Shown one piece after another: positions 34,762 through 42,723 of a stretch of DNA of 45,041 nucleotides; position 1 is the first letter of the stretch; each line of letters opens with the position of its first letter. Source of the DNA: a virus; IMG/VR virus record IMGVR_UViG_3300028578_000005, positions 1-45,041 of that record. One strand, 5' to 3'. A program made the position numbers and the translations under genes. Below the pieces are notes generated by a model that had not been told where the DNA came from, made no database searches, and saw only the letters and a list, made by a program, of their open reading frames with translations.

Positions 34762-35022
34762 TCAGCCCACCCGTCGACGGTTGGCCGCCATCCACGGGTT
34801 CGCCCGCACCATCGACGCCGTCCGTCGCCGCGCGCTCTCGAGCTCGCCCTCGGCGACCAGGTCCAGGCCCAACGACCTGGCCAGCTGGATCAGCGTCGCC
34901 TCCGACGGCACCACCCGACCCGCCTCGATCGCCTCGAGCAGCTCTACGTCGACGCCGGCGGGCACCGGCCGGTAGCCACGCAGCCGACGCAACGTCGGTC
35001 CGAGAGGTCCAGTACGAGCCAT
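34762..35022 (-). CDS. Small XRE-like HTH protein
   Basis: ORF track. LRRLRG....AIEAGRVVPSEATLIQLARSLGLDL. The ATG lies 6 nt after TAGCGT. Confidence 0.6.
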   Translation of the reverse strand: MARTGPLGPTLRRLRGYRPVPAGVDVELLEAIEAGRVVPSEATLIQLARSLGLDLVAEGELESARRRTASMVRANPWMAANRRRVG

Positions 35023-35052
35023 GAGGTCACGCTACGAACCGGGTGTGACAGG
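35023..35052 (-). promoter_or_regulatory. Lysogeny-block promoter/operator element copy 1
   Basis: Minus-strand read: CCTGTCACACCCGGTTCGTAGCGTGACCTCATG. -10-like TAGCGT lies 6 nt from the ATG. Confidence 0.55.
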
Positions 35053-35053
35053 C

Positions 35054-35680
35054 CTAGGCCGGCACCCAGCGGCACCCCGACTCCGTACGAAGCGCCGCCG
35101 TACCCGCGGGATCGATCAGGATCTCGGCACCCGAGCTGCCGTTGTAGACCTGACCGGCGAGATCGAGCAGCTCCCACCGGCACGCAGCACCGTCGGTCGT
35201 CACCCACCGTCCCGGCTCAGGGTCAAGGAACACCCAGGACAGCTCGTCGGTCGCGTAGTGGGCATCAGGGTCGGTCGAGTCAGGCGGATCGATGTTCGCG
35301 ACTGGGTCCGAGTCCGTCGGGTCACCCGGAGGGGCTGCGGCGTCGCCGCCGGACAAGGGGTCCACCCAGTTCTCGTCGCACGAGCGTGCCGCCTGGACGA
35401 GGAGCCGCGGCATCGGGCCGCCGCTGAGCAATGCCTGCTCGATGGCCAAGTACCGGCTCAGCTCGGCGCGGTCTTCGACCTCGTCGAGAGTGCACCCGCA
35501 GAAGTCCTCGGTGCTGGCCCCCCGGCTGAACCCGGCGCAGCTAACCAGGAAGGCATCCCGGACGCTGTCCGGGTAGTCCCGCGTGTCGCGGGCGTCCCAC
35601 CACAGCCAGCCGGCCGTCGCGCCGACGCCGATCAGCAGCGTCAGGAGCACGGCGATGATGGCGGTCTGGGCCCGGCTCAT
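35054..35680 (-). CDS. Membrane-anchored / exported Cys-containing protein of unknown function
   Basis: ORF track. N-terminal TM helix IIAVLLTLLIGVGATAGWLWW. Next to the integrase on the lysogeny strand. Confidence 0.7.
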   Translation of the reverse strand: MSRAQTAIIAVLLTLLIGVGATAGWLWWDARDTRDYPDSVRDAFLVSCAGFSRGASTEDFCGCTLDEVEDRAELSRYLAIEQALLSGGPMPRLLVQAARSCDENWVDPLSGGDAAAPPGDPTDSDPVANIDPPDSTDPDAHYATDELSWVFLDPEPGRWVTTDGAACRWELLDLAGQVYNGSSGAEILIDPAGTAALRTESGCRWVPA

Positions 35681-35701
35681 GAGGTCGTCATCCTGCCGCG
35701 C

Positions 35702-36808
35702 TCAGAGCCCGGCCGCATCGCCGGCGCGCCGGGCGCCCTCGGTGCCGGGGTGGGTGTAGATGGCCAGGGTGACGTTGGCGTTCGCATGGCCGGCCCGGGC
35801 GGCGACGTCGTGTACCGGGATCCCTTGATCCAGGAGGTAGGTGCACATGGCGTGACGGAACGCGTGGAGCCGGACTCCCTCGAGCCCGAGGCGGCCCCGC
35901 CAGCGGCGCCAGCGGAGGCTGAGCGCGTCGGGTGACATCGGCGTGAACGGCTCGGCGTCCGACCGTGGGAAGACGTAGCCACCGTCGATCTCGACCTCGA
36001 GCTGACGGCCTCGGTCCTTCCATCGCAGGCGGTGCTCGTCGAGGACCTGCAGCGTCCCGGCGTCCAGGGCGAGCCGCCGGGCCCGGTGGCTCTTCGTGTC
36101 CTCCTGGACGACGAGCCGGCCGCGCTCATCGCGGACCACGGTGCGCTGAATCGTGAGGAGCCCGTCGTGGAGGTCGCTCCATCGCAGGCCCACGAGCTCG
36201 GCTCGGCGTGCGCCGACGACGGCCTCGAGGTGGAGGAGCGCGGCGAAGTCGGGGTCGACCCTGGCCACGGTGGCCACGGCCTCAGCGACGGCCGCTCGGG
36301 CAGGGACCTTCACGGGCCGTCGTCGCACGGATGGGGGCTCGGCCCGGTCGGCCGGGTTCCAGGGCAGCCAGCCCCACCGCACGGCGTCGTCGAGGGCGTC
36401 GTGGAGCATGACGTGGACCTTGTAGACGGTCGCCGGCGCAAGGCGCTGGAGCAGCTGGGCGTAGAGCAGGTCGAGCCAGTCCGGTGTGATCTTCGAGATG
36501 GCCCGGTCGCCGTGGGGCTCGAGGTAGAGGCGCCGGTAGGTGGCGTACCCGCGGCGGGTGGCCGGCGCCCATGTGGGGGAGGAGTGCGTCCACCACCGGT
36601 CCAGAAGCACGGTCAGGGCCGTGTCGGGGCCTCGGTGGGCGCCGGCGTCGAGCTCGGCCAGGAGCTTCGTGAGGGCCCGCTCGGCGTCCTCGCGCCGGCC
36701 ACGGACGGTGCGCGACACGAGGCGCCGCCGCCCGGTGACGGGGTGGGACCCGGCGCTGACCCGGATCTCCCAGGCGTCGCCGCGTCGTCGGATGTGGCCA
36801 CGGCTCAT
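35702..36808 (-). CDS. int: Tyrosine integrase
   Basis: ORF track. N-terminal SAM-like arm. C-terminal HAFRHAMCTYLL ... GHANANVTLAIYTH catalytic motifs. Confidence 0.9.
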   Translation of the reverse strand: MSRGHIRRRGDAWEIRVSAGSHPVTGRRRLVSRTVRGRREDAERALTKLLAELDAGAHRGPDTALTVLLDRWWTHSSPTWAPATRRGYATYRRLYLEPHGDRAISKITPDWLDLLYAQLLQRLAPATVYKVHVMLHDALDDAVRWGWLPWNPADRAEPPSVRRRPVKVPARAAVAEAVATVARVDPDFAALLHLEAVVGARRAELVGLRWSDLHDGLLTIQRTVVRDERGRLVVQEDTKSHRARRLALDAGTLQVLDEHRLRWKDRGRQLEVEIDGGYVFPRSDAEPFTPMSPDALSLRWRRWRGRLGLEGVRLHAFRHAMCTYLLDQGIPVHDVAARAGHANANVTLAIYTHPGTEGARRAGDAAGL

Positions 36809-36842
36809 CGCTCACCGACCGTAGGCACGGGGGTGTGACAGG
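36809..36842 (-). promoter_or_regulatory. Lysogeny-block promoter/operator element copy 2 (upstream of int)
   Basis: Minus-strand read: CCTGTCACACCCCCGTGCCTACGGTCGGTGAGCGATG. Confidence 0.5.
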
Positions 36843-36918
36843 CCGTCCGCTGGCGACCTGGTAGCCGCCCGGTAGCAAACTGGCCGGGCGACTTGCCCTC
36901 GCGGGGCTCTGACCAGGG

Positions 36919-36992
36919 TGGGCGCAAAGGGACTCGAACCCCTGGCCTCTGCCGTGTGAAGAGACCAACGCTGGTCCAGGCCTGTCGCGCCC
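36919..36992 (-). tRNA. tRNA-Val(CAC)-like sequence: intact 3-prime 42 nt (attP core candidate), degenerate 5-prime half
   Basis: Minus-strand read: TTCACAC loop, GGCAG, AGGCC, AGGGG-TTCGAGT-CCCTT T-arm, TGCGCCC-A acceptor end at 36919..36960. Upstream, GGGCGCG (36986..36992) can pair with the acceptor 3-prime strand, but the anticodon-stem 5-prime strand does not pair. Confidence 0.5.
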
Positions 36993-37091
36993 CGTGTCTG
37001 CGTGTCGCACCGTTCTTCTGTTCCCGTGGGCGCGGTCCAGTGCGAGGGCCGTCTGAGCGGGCATCCGGTAGCGCCGCTGGTAGCGGGCGGA

Positions 37092-37517
37092 CTAGAAGCC
37101 GGCGGCCAGCCGGCGCAGCGCCAAGTCTGCGACCTCGATAGGAACCTCGAAGTCCTCGGCCACGTCGCGCGCGAGCACCATTCCCTCCTCGGCGCGCCGG
37201 CGGACATACCGCTCGAGCTGCTCAGGCGGCAAGAGCTCGTCTGCGACCAGCGCCTCGACGTGGCGCTCCTCGCGGAGCGTGACGACCCGGAGCAGGGGAG
37301 GGGCATCGGGATCGTGGCAGCCACCACCTCGGTCGTCATGGTGGAGCTCATGGCAGATCGCGGCCAGGCGCTCGGCCGGGTCGAGCCTCCGACTGACGAG
37401 GATGGCCCGATCCGGGCCACGGCGCGCGTGGATCGCCTTGACCCCAGGGGGCAGGTCGCACAGCACGAACTCGATCTCGGGGCGCTCCCTGAGCACCCGC
37501 CACGGCCTCTCCGCCAT
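37092..37517 (-). CDS. ImmA/IrrE-family zinc metalloprotease (anti-repressor protease)
   Basis: ORF track. HELHH (HExxH) motif. Immediately downstream of the XRE repressor gene. Confidence 0.75.
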   Translation of the reverse strand: MAERPWRVLRERPEIEFVLCDLPPGVKAIHARRGPDRAILVSRRLDPAERLAAICHELHHDDRGGGCHDPDAPPLLRVVTLREERHVEALVADELLPPEQLERYVRRRAEEGMVLARDVAEDFEVPIEVADLALRRLAAGF

Positions 37518-37547
37518 CCTCCGGACGCTACGACCGGGGTGTGACGG
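37518..37547 (-). promoter_or_regulatory. Lysogeny-block promoter/operator element copy 3 (between repressor stop and ImmA start)
   Basis: Minus-strand read: CCGTCACACCCCGGTCGTAGCGTCCGGAGGATG. Confidence 0.55.
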
Positions 37548-37982
37548 TCATCCCTTGCGGCGGTCACGTGCCCGATCGAGAGCGATCTCCGCCTGGCGGA
37601 TGATCGCCTGGTAGGCCTCAGGGTCCAGCCGGCGCAGCTCGTCGAGATCGACCCCCGACGCGCTGATTCGTACGCCTCGGCCGCCCGCCTTGCCTCCACC
37701 CTTCACCGAAGCCTTGCCCGTGACCTCAGTCGGCGGTTCGTACCCGAGGAGCCGGGTGAAGTGGCCCGGGAACAGGTCGAAGATCCGCTCGAGGGCGAAA
37801 ACCTTGTCCCGGGACGGCTCGGACTCGCCACGGCACCACTCACCGACCGCGCTCCCCGTCACCGTGATGGCCTCGTCCTGGGCGAGGACGCTGGCGACGT
37901 GCGCGTAGGACCACTCGCGGGCCTTGCGCCACTGGTTGAGCTCGGTGGCGAAGAGCTCGAGGCGGGGGTCGGGGGTGGCCAT
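37548..37982 (-). CDS. XRE-family (CI/ImmR-like) repressor
   Basis: ATG at 37982 within ORF 37548..38609. HTH WSYAHVASVLAQDEAITVTGSAVGEWCRGESEPS. Divergent from the Cro-like gene. Confidence 0.75.
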   Translation of the reverse strand: MATPDPRLELFATELNQWRKAREWSYAHVASVLAQDEAITVTGSAVGEWCRGESEPSRDKVFALERIFDLFPGHFTRLLGYEPPTEVTGKASVKGGGKAGGRGVRISASGVDLDELRRLDPEAYQAIIRQAEIALDRARDRRKG

Positions 37983-38139
37983 CGTGGTGCGCACTCTCCG
38001 TGACCACCCGAGGGCTGTCCACGGCCAAAGAAAAGTGTTGCTTGCGACTGTAGTTCCCTGCCTGTAGTTCACTGTCGGCCGCAGGCGCCGCCGATTAATC
38101 ACAAGTTGCCCTTGCACAAGGACGCCCCATGGGTTACAA
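37983..38139. promoter_or_regulatory. Divergent immunity control region with operator-like repeats
   Basis: The most AT-rich stretch of the window. Tandem ctgtagttc[c/a]ctg at 38048..38060 and 38062..38074. t[c/t]acaagt[t/g]g at 38099 and 38134. 9-bp inverted repeat cacaaggac (38115..38123) / gtccttgtg (38143..38151). Confidence 0.7.
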
Positions 38140-38409
38140 GTGGTCCTTGTGAATGCGCCCGTGACCCAGATCGGCACCGAACCGGACCCTGCCGTGCGCC
38201 TCCGCCAGCTGTGGGGTCGCAACATCAGCCGTCTCCGCGAGCTCCGCGGCATGACCCGCGCCGAGCTCGCCCTGGCCTGTGACGTGTCCGAGGCCGCCGT
38301 CGGCCAGTGGGAGAGGGGCGAGACCACCCCGCGGCCCCACAAGCAGATCGCCGCGGCCAAGGCCCTCGACGCTGAGCACGGCGTCGTCTTCCCGATGGTG
38401 GCCGCGTGA
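38140..38409 (+). CDS. Cro-like XRE HTH protein (start uncertain: GTG 38140, 38149 or 38161)
   Basis: ORF track. LRELRGMTRAELALACDVSEAAVGQWERGETTP. Confidence 0.7.
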   Translation: MVLVNAPVTQIGTEPDPAVRLRQLWGRNISRLRELRGMTRAELALACDVSEAAVGQWERGETTPRPHKQIAAAKALDAEHGVVFPMVAA

Positions 38410-38603
38410 ACGGCGCCCTCGCCTACACGGTGGCCGAGGCGGCCCAGGTCCTCGGCGTCTCGCGGTCCCACCTGTATCGGGTGGCCAAGCGTGGCCAGGG
38501 CCCGCCGCGTCTTGAGCTCGGCAGCCGGATCCTCTTCCCGAAGGCCGCCCTCCACCGCTGGCTCGAGGAGAACGCTGCCACCCCCGCGAGGAGTGCGTCG
38601 TGA
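38406..38603 (+). CDS. Excisionase-type (MerR/AlpA-like) HTH protein
   Basis: ORF track. GTGA overlap. YTVAEAAQVLGVSRSHLYRVAKRG...RILFPKAALHRWL. Confidence 0.65.
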   Translation: MNGALAYTVAEAAQVLGVSRSHLYRVAKRGQGPPRLELGSRILFPKAALHRWLEENAATPARSAS

Positions 38604-39040
38604 CCGCACTCATGTCCTCCACGCCACGCGTTTCTACGCGCTCCGGCGGCGGCCACCGCGCCGGGATCGGTCCGCTCGAGCGTTCCACGGGCTGGGCCGT
38701 CGACCGCACCGGTGCGACGAAGCGTCAGCTCGACTACTGGGGCCGCGGCGGCCTGCTCGGTGAGGACCATCACGCCCTCGGCTCCGGCAAGCGCCGCCGC
38801 TACAGCGACGCCGACCTCGAGGTCATCGTCGCCCTCCGCCACCTGGCCGCTCTCGGCGCGACCGAGGAGTGGCTGCACGCCGGCTCCGGCGCCGTCCGGG
38901 TCCGGCGGGTCGCGCCGGGGGAGTGGCTCACCGTCACCCTCGACGGCGTCGTCGACCGGTCCCACCGGCCCTTCATGCACGGCCGCCACCCGGCATGGAC
39001 CGTCCCGCTCACCGCCTTCGATCAGGGGCGTCCGCTGTGA
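38600..39040 (+). CDS. MerR-like HTH protein with unknown C-terminal domain
   Basis: ORF track. TGATKRQLDYWGRGGLL....RRRYSDADLEVIVALRHL. Confidence 0.6.
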   Translation: MTALMSSTPRVSTRSGGGHRAGIGPLERSTGWAVDRTGATKRQLDYWGRGGLLGEDHHALGSGKRRRYSDADLEVIVALRHLAALGATEEWLHAGSGAVRVRRVAPGEWLTVTLDGVVDRSHRPFMHGRHPAWTVPLTAFDQGRPL

Positions 39041-39294
39041 CGACCCTCTCCATCGCCGGTTCGGTGCTCCTCTCGGAGCTCGGGCAGGTGCCGCCCCTCG
39101 ACACGCCACGGACCCAGGGTCGACTTGGTGACGGCCGTGTCGAGGGGCTCGCTCCACGAGCCGTGTTCGCACCGGCGGGCCCCGAGGCCCTCCGCGCGCT
39201 CGGCCGGATCCACCACCGGATCACCAACAGCAAGACGCCGTCAGGCCTCCCCTCCAAGAGCGGCCCGACGGCGTCCCGACACCACAGAGGTTAG
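39037..39294 (+). CDS. Hypothetical protein (85 aa)
   Basis: GTG 39037 (GTGA overlap) within ORF 38869..39294. Moderate GC3. Confidence 0.45.
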   Translation: MTTLSIAGSVLLSELGQVPPLDTPRTQGRLGDGRVEGLAPRAVFAPAGPEALRALGRIHHRITNSKTPSGLPSKSGPTASRHHRG

Positions 39295-39297
39295 GTC

Positions 39298-39561
39298 ATG
39301 GACATCAGCCCCATCGGGGTTCAGGCGACCCTTCGCAGCGACGCACGCGCCGCTCTCACCGGTCACGAACACGAGACCGCCACCATCCACCCCGCCGGTC
39401 TCGGCTACGGGCTGTCGCTCCACTGGTCGACCCTTGACGACGCGATCTCCTGGTGGCACGACCTCGGCGACAAGCTCGTCGAGGAGCAGCTCCGCCGCCA
39501 CGACGCCGAGCTCGCGCTCGCTGAGATGGATGAGGCGCTTCGCAAGGCCGGTGCGCGGTGA
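39298..39561 (+). CDS. Hypothetical protein (87 aa)
   Basis: ORF track. Confidence 0.6.
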   Translation: MDISPIGVQATLRSDARAALTGHEHETATIHPAGLGYGLSLHWSTLDDAISWWHDLGDKLVEEQLRRHDAELALAEMDEALRKAGAR

Positions 39562-39770
39562 TGGGCGCCCGGATCCTCATCGCCGACGACGCGCAGGAGA
39601 GCGGCCACGACGAGTGGTGCTTCCTCGCTTGCCCGCACGCGTCGCCTCCGCTCCGGTGCTACTGCGGGGCGAGGCTCGACCCTGACTACGAGGTCCTCGT
39701 CGAAGGGACATGCGGTGCACCGGCATGCCTGCGCATGGCCGGCCTCGACGCCCGGGGGCTGATCCCGTGA
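39558..39770 (+). CDS. Cys-rich hypothetical protein (70 aa)
   Basis: ORF track. GTGA overlap. Confidence 0.55.
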   Translation: MMGARILIADDAQESGHDEWCFLACPHASPPLRCYCGARLDPDYEVLVEGTCGAPACLRMAGLDARGLIP

Positions 39771-40651
39771 CCGCCACGCTGATCGGTCACTTCGAGCCCG
39801 GCTCGGCCGAGTGGAACGCCGCCCGCGCCAACGGCATCGGCGGATCCGAGGTCGCCCCCATCCTCGGCCTCTCACCGTTCGAGTCGCGGTTCTCGCTGTG
39901 GCACCGCAAGGCCGGCTACGTCGGTCCTGTCCAGGAGTCTCCTGAGATGGAGTGGGGCAAGCGCCTCGAGCCGGTGATCCTCGCCAAGTACCGCGACGAG
40001 CACCCCGAGCTCGACTACCGGACCCTCAACGGCACGTTCGCCAACGACGAGCGTCCGTGGCAGATCGCCAACCCCGACCTCCTCACCGCCGAGCGGGTCG
40101 TCGAGGTGAAGTTCTCGATGTTCGGTGACGGCTGGGGCGAGCCCGGCACGGACGAGATCCCCGTGTACTACCGGACCCAGGTCCTCTGGTATCTCGACTG
40201 CCTCAGCTACGAGCGGGCCGATGTCGCTGTCCTCGTCGGTGGCTGCGACTACCGCGAGTACCACGTGCTCTACGACCAGGCCGAGGCCGAGGAACTGCGC
40301 GCCGCCACGGTCGAGTTCCTCGACACGATCGCTGCCGGCGTGCTCCCCGACATCGACGCGCACTCGGCCACGTACCAGGTCATCCGGGAGATGCACCCGC
40401 TCATCGACGAGGCCGACGTCGAGCTCGACAACGACGTCGCCCACGCCTACCTCGCTGCCCGCCTCGCCGTCCACGACGCCGAAGCCCAGGAGCAGCTCGC
40501 CAAGTCCCTCATCGCCGACGCCATGGGCAACGCCAAGCGCGCCCTCTGGGACGGCCAGACCATCGCCACCCGCCGCGCCCGAGGCGAGGGCACGCCCTAC
40601 GTCCAGGCCGAGCGGAACCTCCACGACCTCGCAAGGAGCGTCGCAGCATGA
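39767..40651 (+). CDS. YqaJ-type viral recombinase exonuclease
   Basis: GTG 39767 (GTGA overlap) within ORF 39710..40651. GIGGSEVAPILGLSPFESRFSLWHRK signature. Paired with RecT. Confidence 0.85.
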   Translation: MTATLIGHFEPGSAEWNAARANGIGGSEVAPILGLSPFESRFSLWHRKAGYVGPVQESPEMEWGKRLEPVILAKYRDEHPELDYRTLNGTFANDERPWQIANPDLLTAERVVEVKFSMFGDGWGEPGTDEIPVYYRTQVLWYLDCLSYERADVAVLVGGCDYREYHVLYDQAEAEELRAATVEFLDTIAAGVLPDIDAHSATYQVIREMHPLIDEADVELDNDVAHAYLAARLAVHDAEAQEQLAKSLIADAMGNAKRALWDGQTIATRRARGEGTPYVQAERNLHDLARSVAA

Positions 40652-41565
40652 GCACCACCGAGACCGCCACAGACAACGGAGCTACCCCCACCGGGCAGGC
40701 CCTCGCCGTCCTCACACCCAAGAAGATGGTCGCGCAGTACGCCGCCGACTTCGCCGCTGTCCTCCCGTCGCACATCAAGGCCGAGACCTGGGTCCGACTC
40801 GCGCAGGGTGCGCTCAAGAAGGGCAAGCGCCTCCCGTCCGGGCAGACCGAGCTCGAGGCCGCCGCGCTCAACAACACCGGCGCCTTCATGGCGGCGCTCC
40901 TCGACTGCGCCCGCCTCGGCCTCGAGCCCGGCACCGAGGAGTACTACCTCACCCCCCGGAAGGTGAACGGCAAGACCGAGATCCTCGGGATCGTCGGCTA
41001 CCAGGGCATCATCGAGCTCTTCTACCGAGCCGGTGCCGTGTCGTCCGTCGTCGCGGAGTGCGTCTACACGAACGACCGGTTCCAGTACTCGCCGGGCCGC
41101 GACGAGCGCCCGATCCACGAGATCGACTGGGACTCCGCCGACCGCGGCGACCTGCGCCTCGTCTACGCCTACGCGGTGATGAAGGACGGCGCCACGTCCA
41201 AGGTCGTCGTCCTCAACCGCGAGTCGATCAACCGGATCAAGGCGAAGTCCGCTGGCTCAGATTCGAAGTACTCGCCGTGGCAGACCGACGAGCCCGCGAT
41301 GTGGCTCAAGTCCGCGGTGCGCCAGCTTCGCAAGTGGGCGCCCACGTCGTCGGAGTACATCCGGGAGCAGCTACGCATCGCGCGCGACGTCGCAATCGAG
41401 GGGCCCCGCATCGACGCTCCTGATCTGCCTGCCGGCGCCGACACCGACGGGTACATCGACTCCGACATCATCGACGCCGAGATCGTCGAGCCCGGTGACG
41501 AGGACGAGCCGCAGTACGCCCCGGGCGAGGAGCCCTTCGAGCCCGAGCCCGGGTGGGACGGGTGA
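40648..41565 (+). CDS. recT: RecT-family single-strand annealing protein
   Basis: ORF track. LDCARLGLEPG...YLTPRK...ILGIVGYQGIIELFYRAG. ATGA overlap with the exonuclease gene. Confidence 0.85.
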   Translation: MSTTETATDNGATPTGQALAVLTPKKMVAQYAADFAAVLPSHIKAETWVRLAQGALKKGKRLPSGQTELEAAALNNTGAFMAALLDCARLGLEPGTEEYYLTPRKVNGKTEILGIVGYQGIIELFYRAGAVSSVVAECVYTNDRFQYSPGRDERPIHEIDWDSADRGDLRLVYAYAVMKDGATSKVVVLNRESINRIKAKSAGSDSKYSPWQTDEPAMWLKSAVRQLRKWAPTSSEYIREQLRIARDVAIEGPRIDAPDLPAGADTDGYIDSDIIDAEIVEPGDEDEPQYAPGEEPFEPEPGWDG

Positions 41566-41972
41566 TGGCCGTGGCACCCGTCCTCGCTTTGCCCGCCGCG
41601 CTCGACCAGGACGAGCGTTGGATCCGCGGCGAGCCCCTCGTCGACATGGACCGTCACCACCGGGCCAACCTCATCCCGTTCCTGCGGCGCAACGTCGTCG
41701 TCCTCTACGCCGTCGCTCACGATGTCACCCAGGACGAGTTCACCCCGGCCGAGGCAGAGGAGTGGCTGGAGCAGACGCCGCTCATGCGCCGCCTCGTCGA
41801 GCTCGAGGCCGGCCGGCCGCTCGAGGAGCGTCGCGAGACCTTCGAGCGCAACCAGACGCACCAGGCCGAGACCGGGTACCAGAAGATCCAGCTCGTCGAC
41901 CCCCGCGAGATCGAGCGGCGCCGGCGGGAGTTCGAGGACGCGTTCGGTGACGACGGGTGGTGGGAACCGTGA
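41565..41972 (+). CDS. Hypothetical protein (135 aa)
   Basis: ATG 41565 (TGATG overlap) within ORF 41553..41972. Confidence 0.6.
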   Translation: MAVAPVLALPAALDQDERWIRGEPLVDMDRHHRANLIPFLRRNVVVLYAVAHDVTQDEFTPAEAEEWLEQTPLMRRLVELEAGRPLEERRETFERNQTHQAETGYQKIQLVDPREIERRRREFEDAFGDDGWWEP

Positions 41973-42712
41973 CCGCCTCGTGGGTCGACGACACCTGGCT
42001 CGCCGTCGACTGCGAGACCACAGGCGTCGACGTGTGGTCCGACCGCATCGTCGAGATCGCCTGCGTCGAGGTCCGCCCCGACGGCACCATCGGCGAGTCC
42101 TACAACACGATCGTCGACCCCGGCGTCGAGATCTCCGACGAGGTCGCCGCGATCCACGGCATCACCACCGCCCGAGCACGTGACGAGGGCATCGCCCCGG
42201 CCGTCGCGCTCACGGAGGTCGCACGCCGGATCTTCGCCCACGGCTACCGCCCAGTCATCGGGTTCAACATGCGGTTCGACTGGCCGCTCATGCTCTCGGA
42301 GGCAGAGCGCCACGGCGTCGACTTCCCGTTCCTCGCGCCCGTGCTCGACCCCTACCTGATCGACCGGATGGTCGAGCGCTACCGGAAGGGCAAGCGCAAG
42401 CTCACGCTTGTCGCCCAGCACTACGCGGTGGAGCTCGACGAGGCTGACGCCCACGGCGCGCTCGCCGACGCCATCGCTGCGGCCCGGGTCATGCGGGCGA
42501 TCGTCGCCAGGCACCCGAAGGTGGGGGAGCACTCCCTCGCCTCCGCATACCTGCGGCAGGTCCGCGGTCACGAACGCCAGCGCGTCGACTTCGTCGACTG
42601 GAAGCACAAGAACGGCGACCTGGCGTTCGACGAGCCACCGGGCTGGCCGATCCCAGCGCTCGTGAACGGCGGCCTGCCCGTCGTCGACCAGCCCGAGACC
42701 CAACCCGCCTGA
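41969..42712 (+). CDS. DnaQ-like DEDDh 3-5 exonuclease
   Basis: GTG 41969 (GTGA overlap; ORF track start 41957). Motifs LAVDCETTG, AIHGIT, FDWPLM, HGALADA. Confidence 0.8.
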   Translation: MTASWVDDTWLAVDCETTGVDVWSDRIVEIACVEVRPDGTIGESYNTIVDPGVEISDEVAAIHGITTARARDEGIAPAVALTEVARRIFAHGYRPVIGFNMRFDWPLMLSEAERHGVDFPFLAPVLDPYLIDRMVERYRKGKRKLTLVAQHYAVELDEADAHGALADAIAAARVMRAIVARHPKVGEHSLASAYLRQVRGHERQRVDFVDWKHKNGDLAFDEPPGWPIPALVNGGLPVVDQPETQPA

Positions 42713-42723
42713 GGAGGCACCCC

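Noticed and set aside
36919-36992. A functional phage-encoded tRNA gene
   Set aside because: The anticodon stem has only 2 Watson-Crick pairs, and there is an extra nucleotide between the D and anticodon arms. Only the 3-prime 42 nt look intact, so an attP core is the better reading.
36812-37699. 295-aa minus-strand ORF spanning attP, the ImmA gene and part of the repressor gene
   Set aside because: It is off-frame relative to two genes with clear motifs (HELHH and the XRE HTH) and crosses the tRNA-like attP region.
37983-38609. N-terminal extension of the repressor ORF to 38609, and minus-strand ORF 38134..38709
   Set aside because: The extension runs through the AT-rich operator region and antisense to the Cro-like and Xis-like genes. 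Protein-like sequence starts at the Met encoded at 37982.
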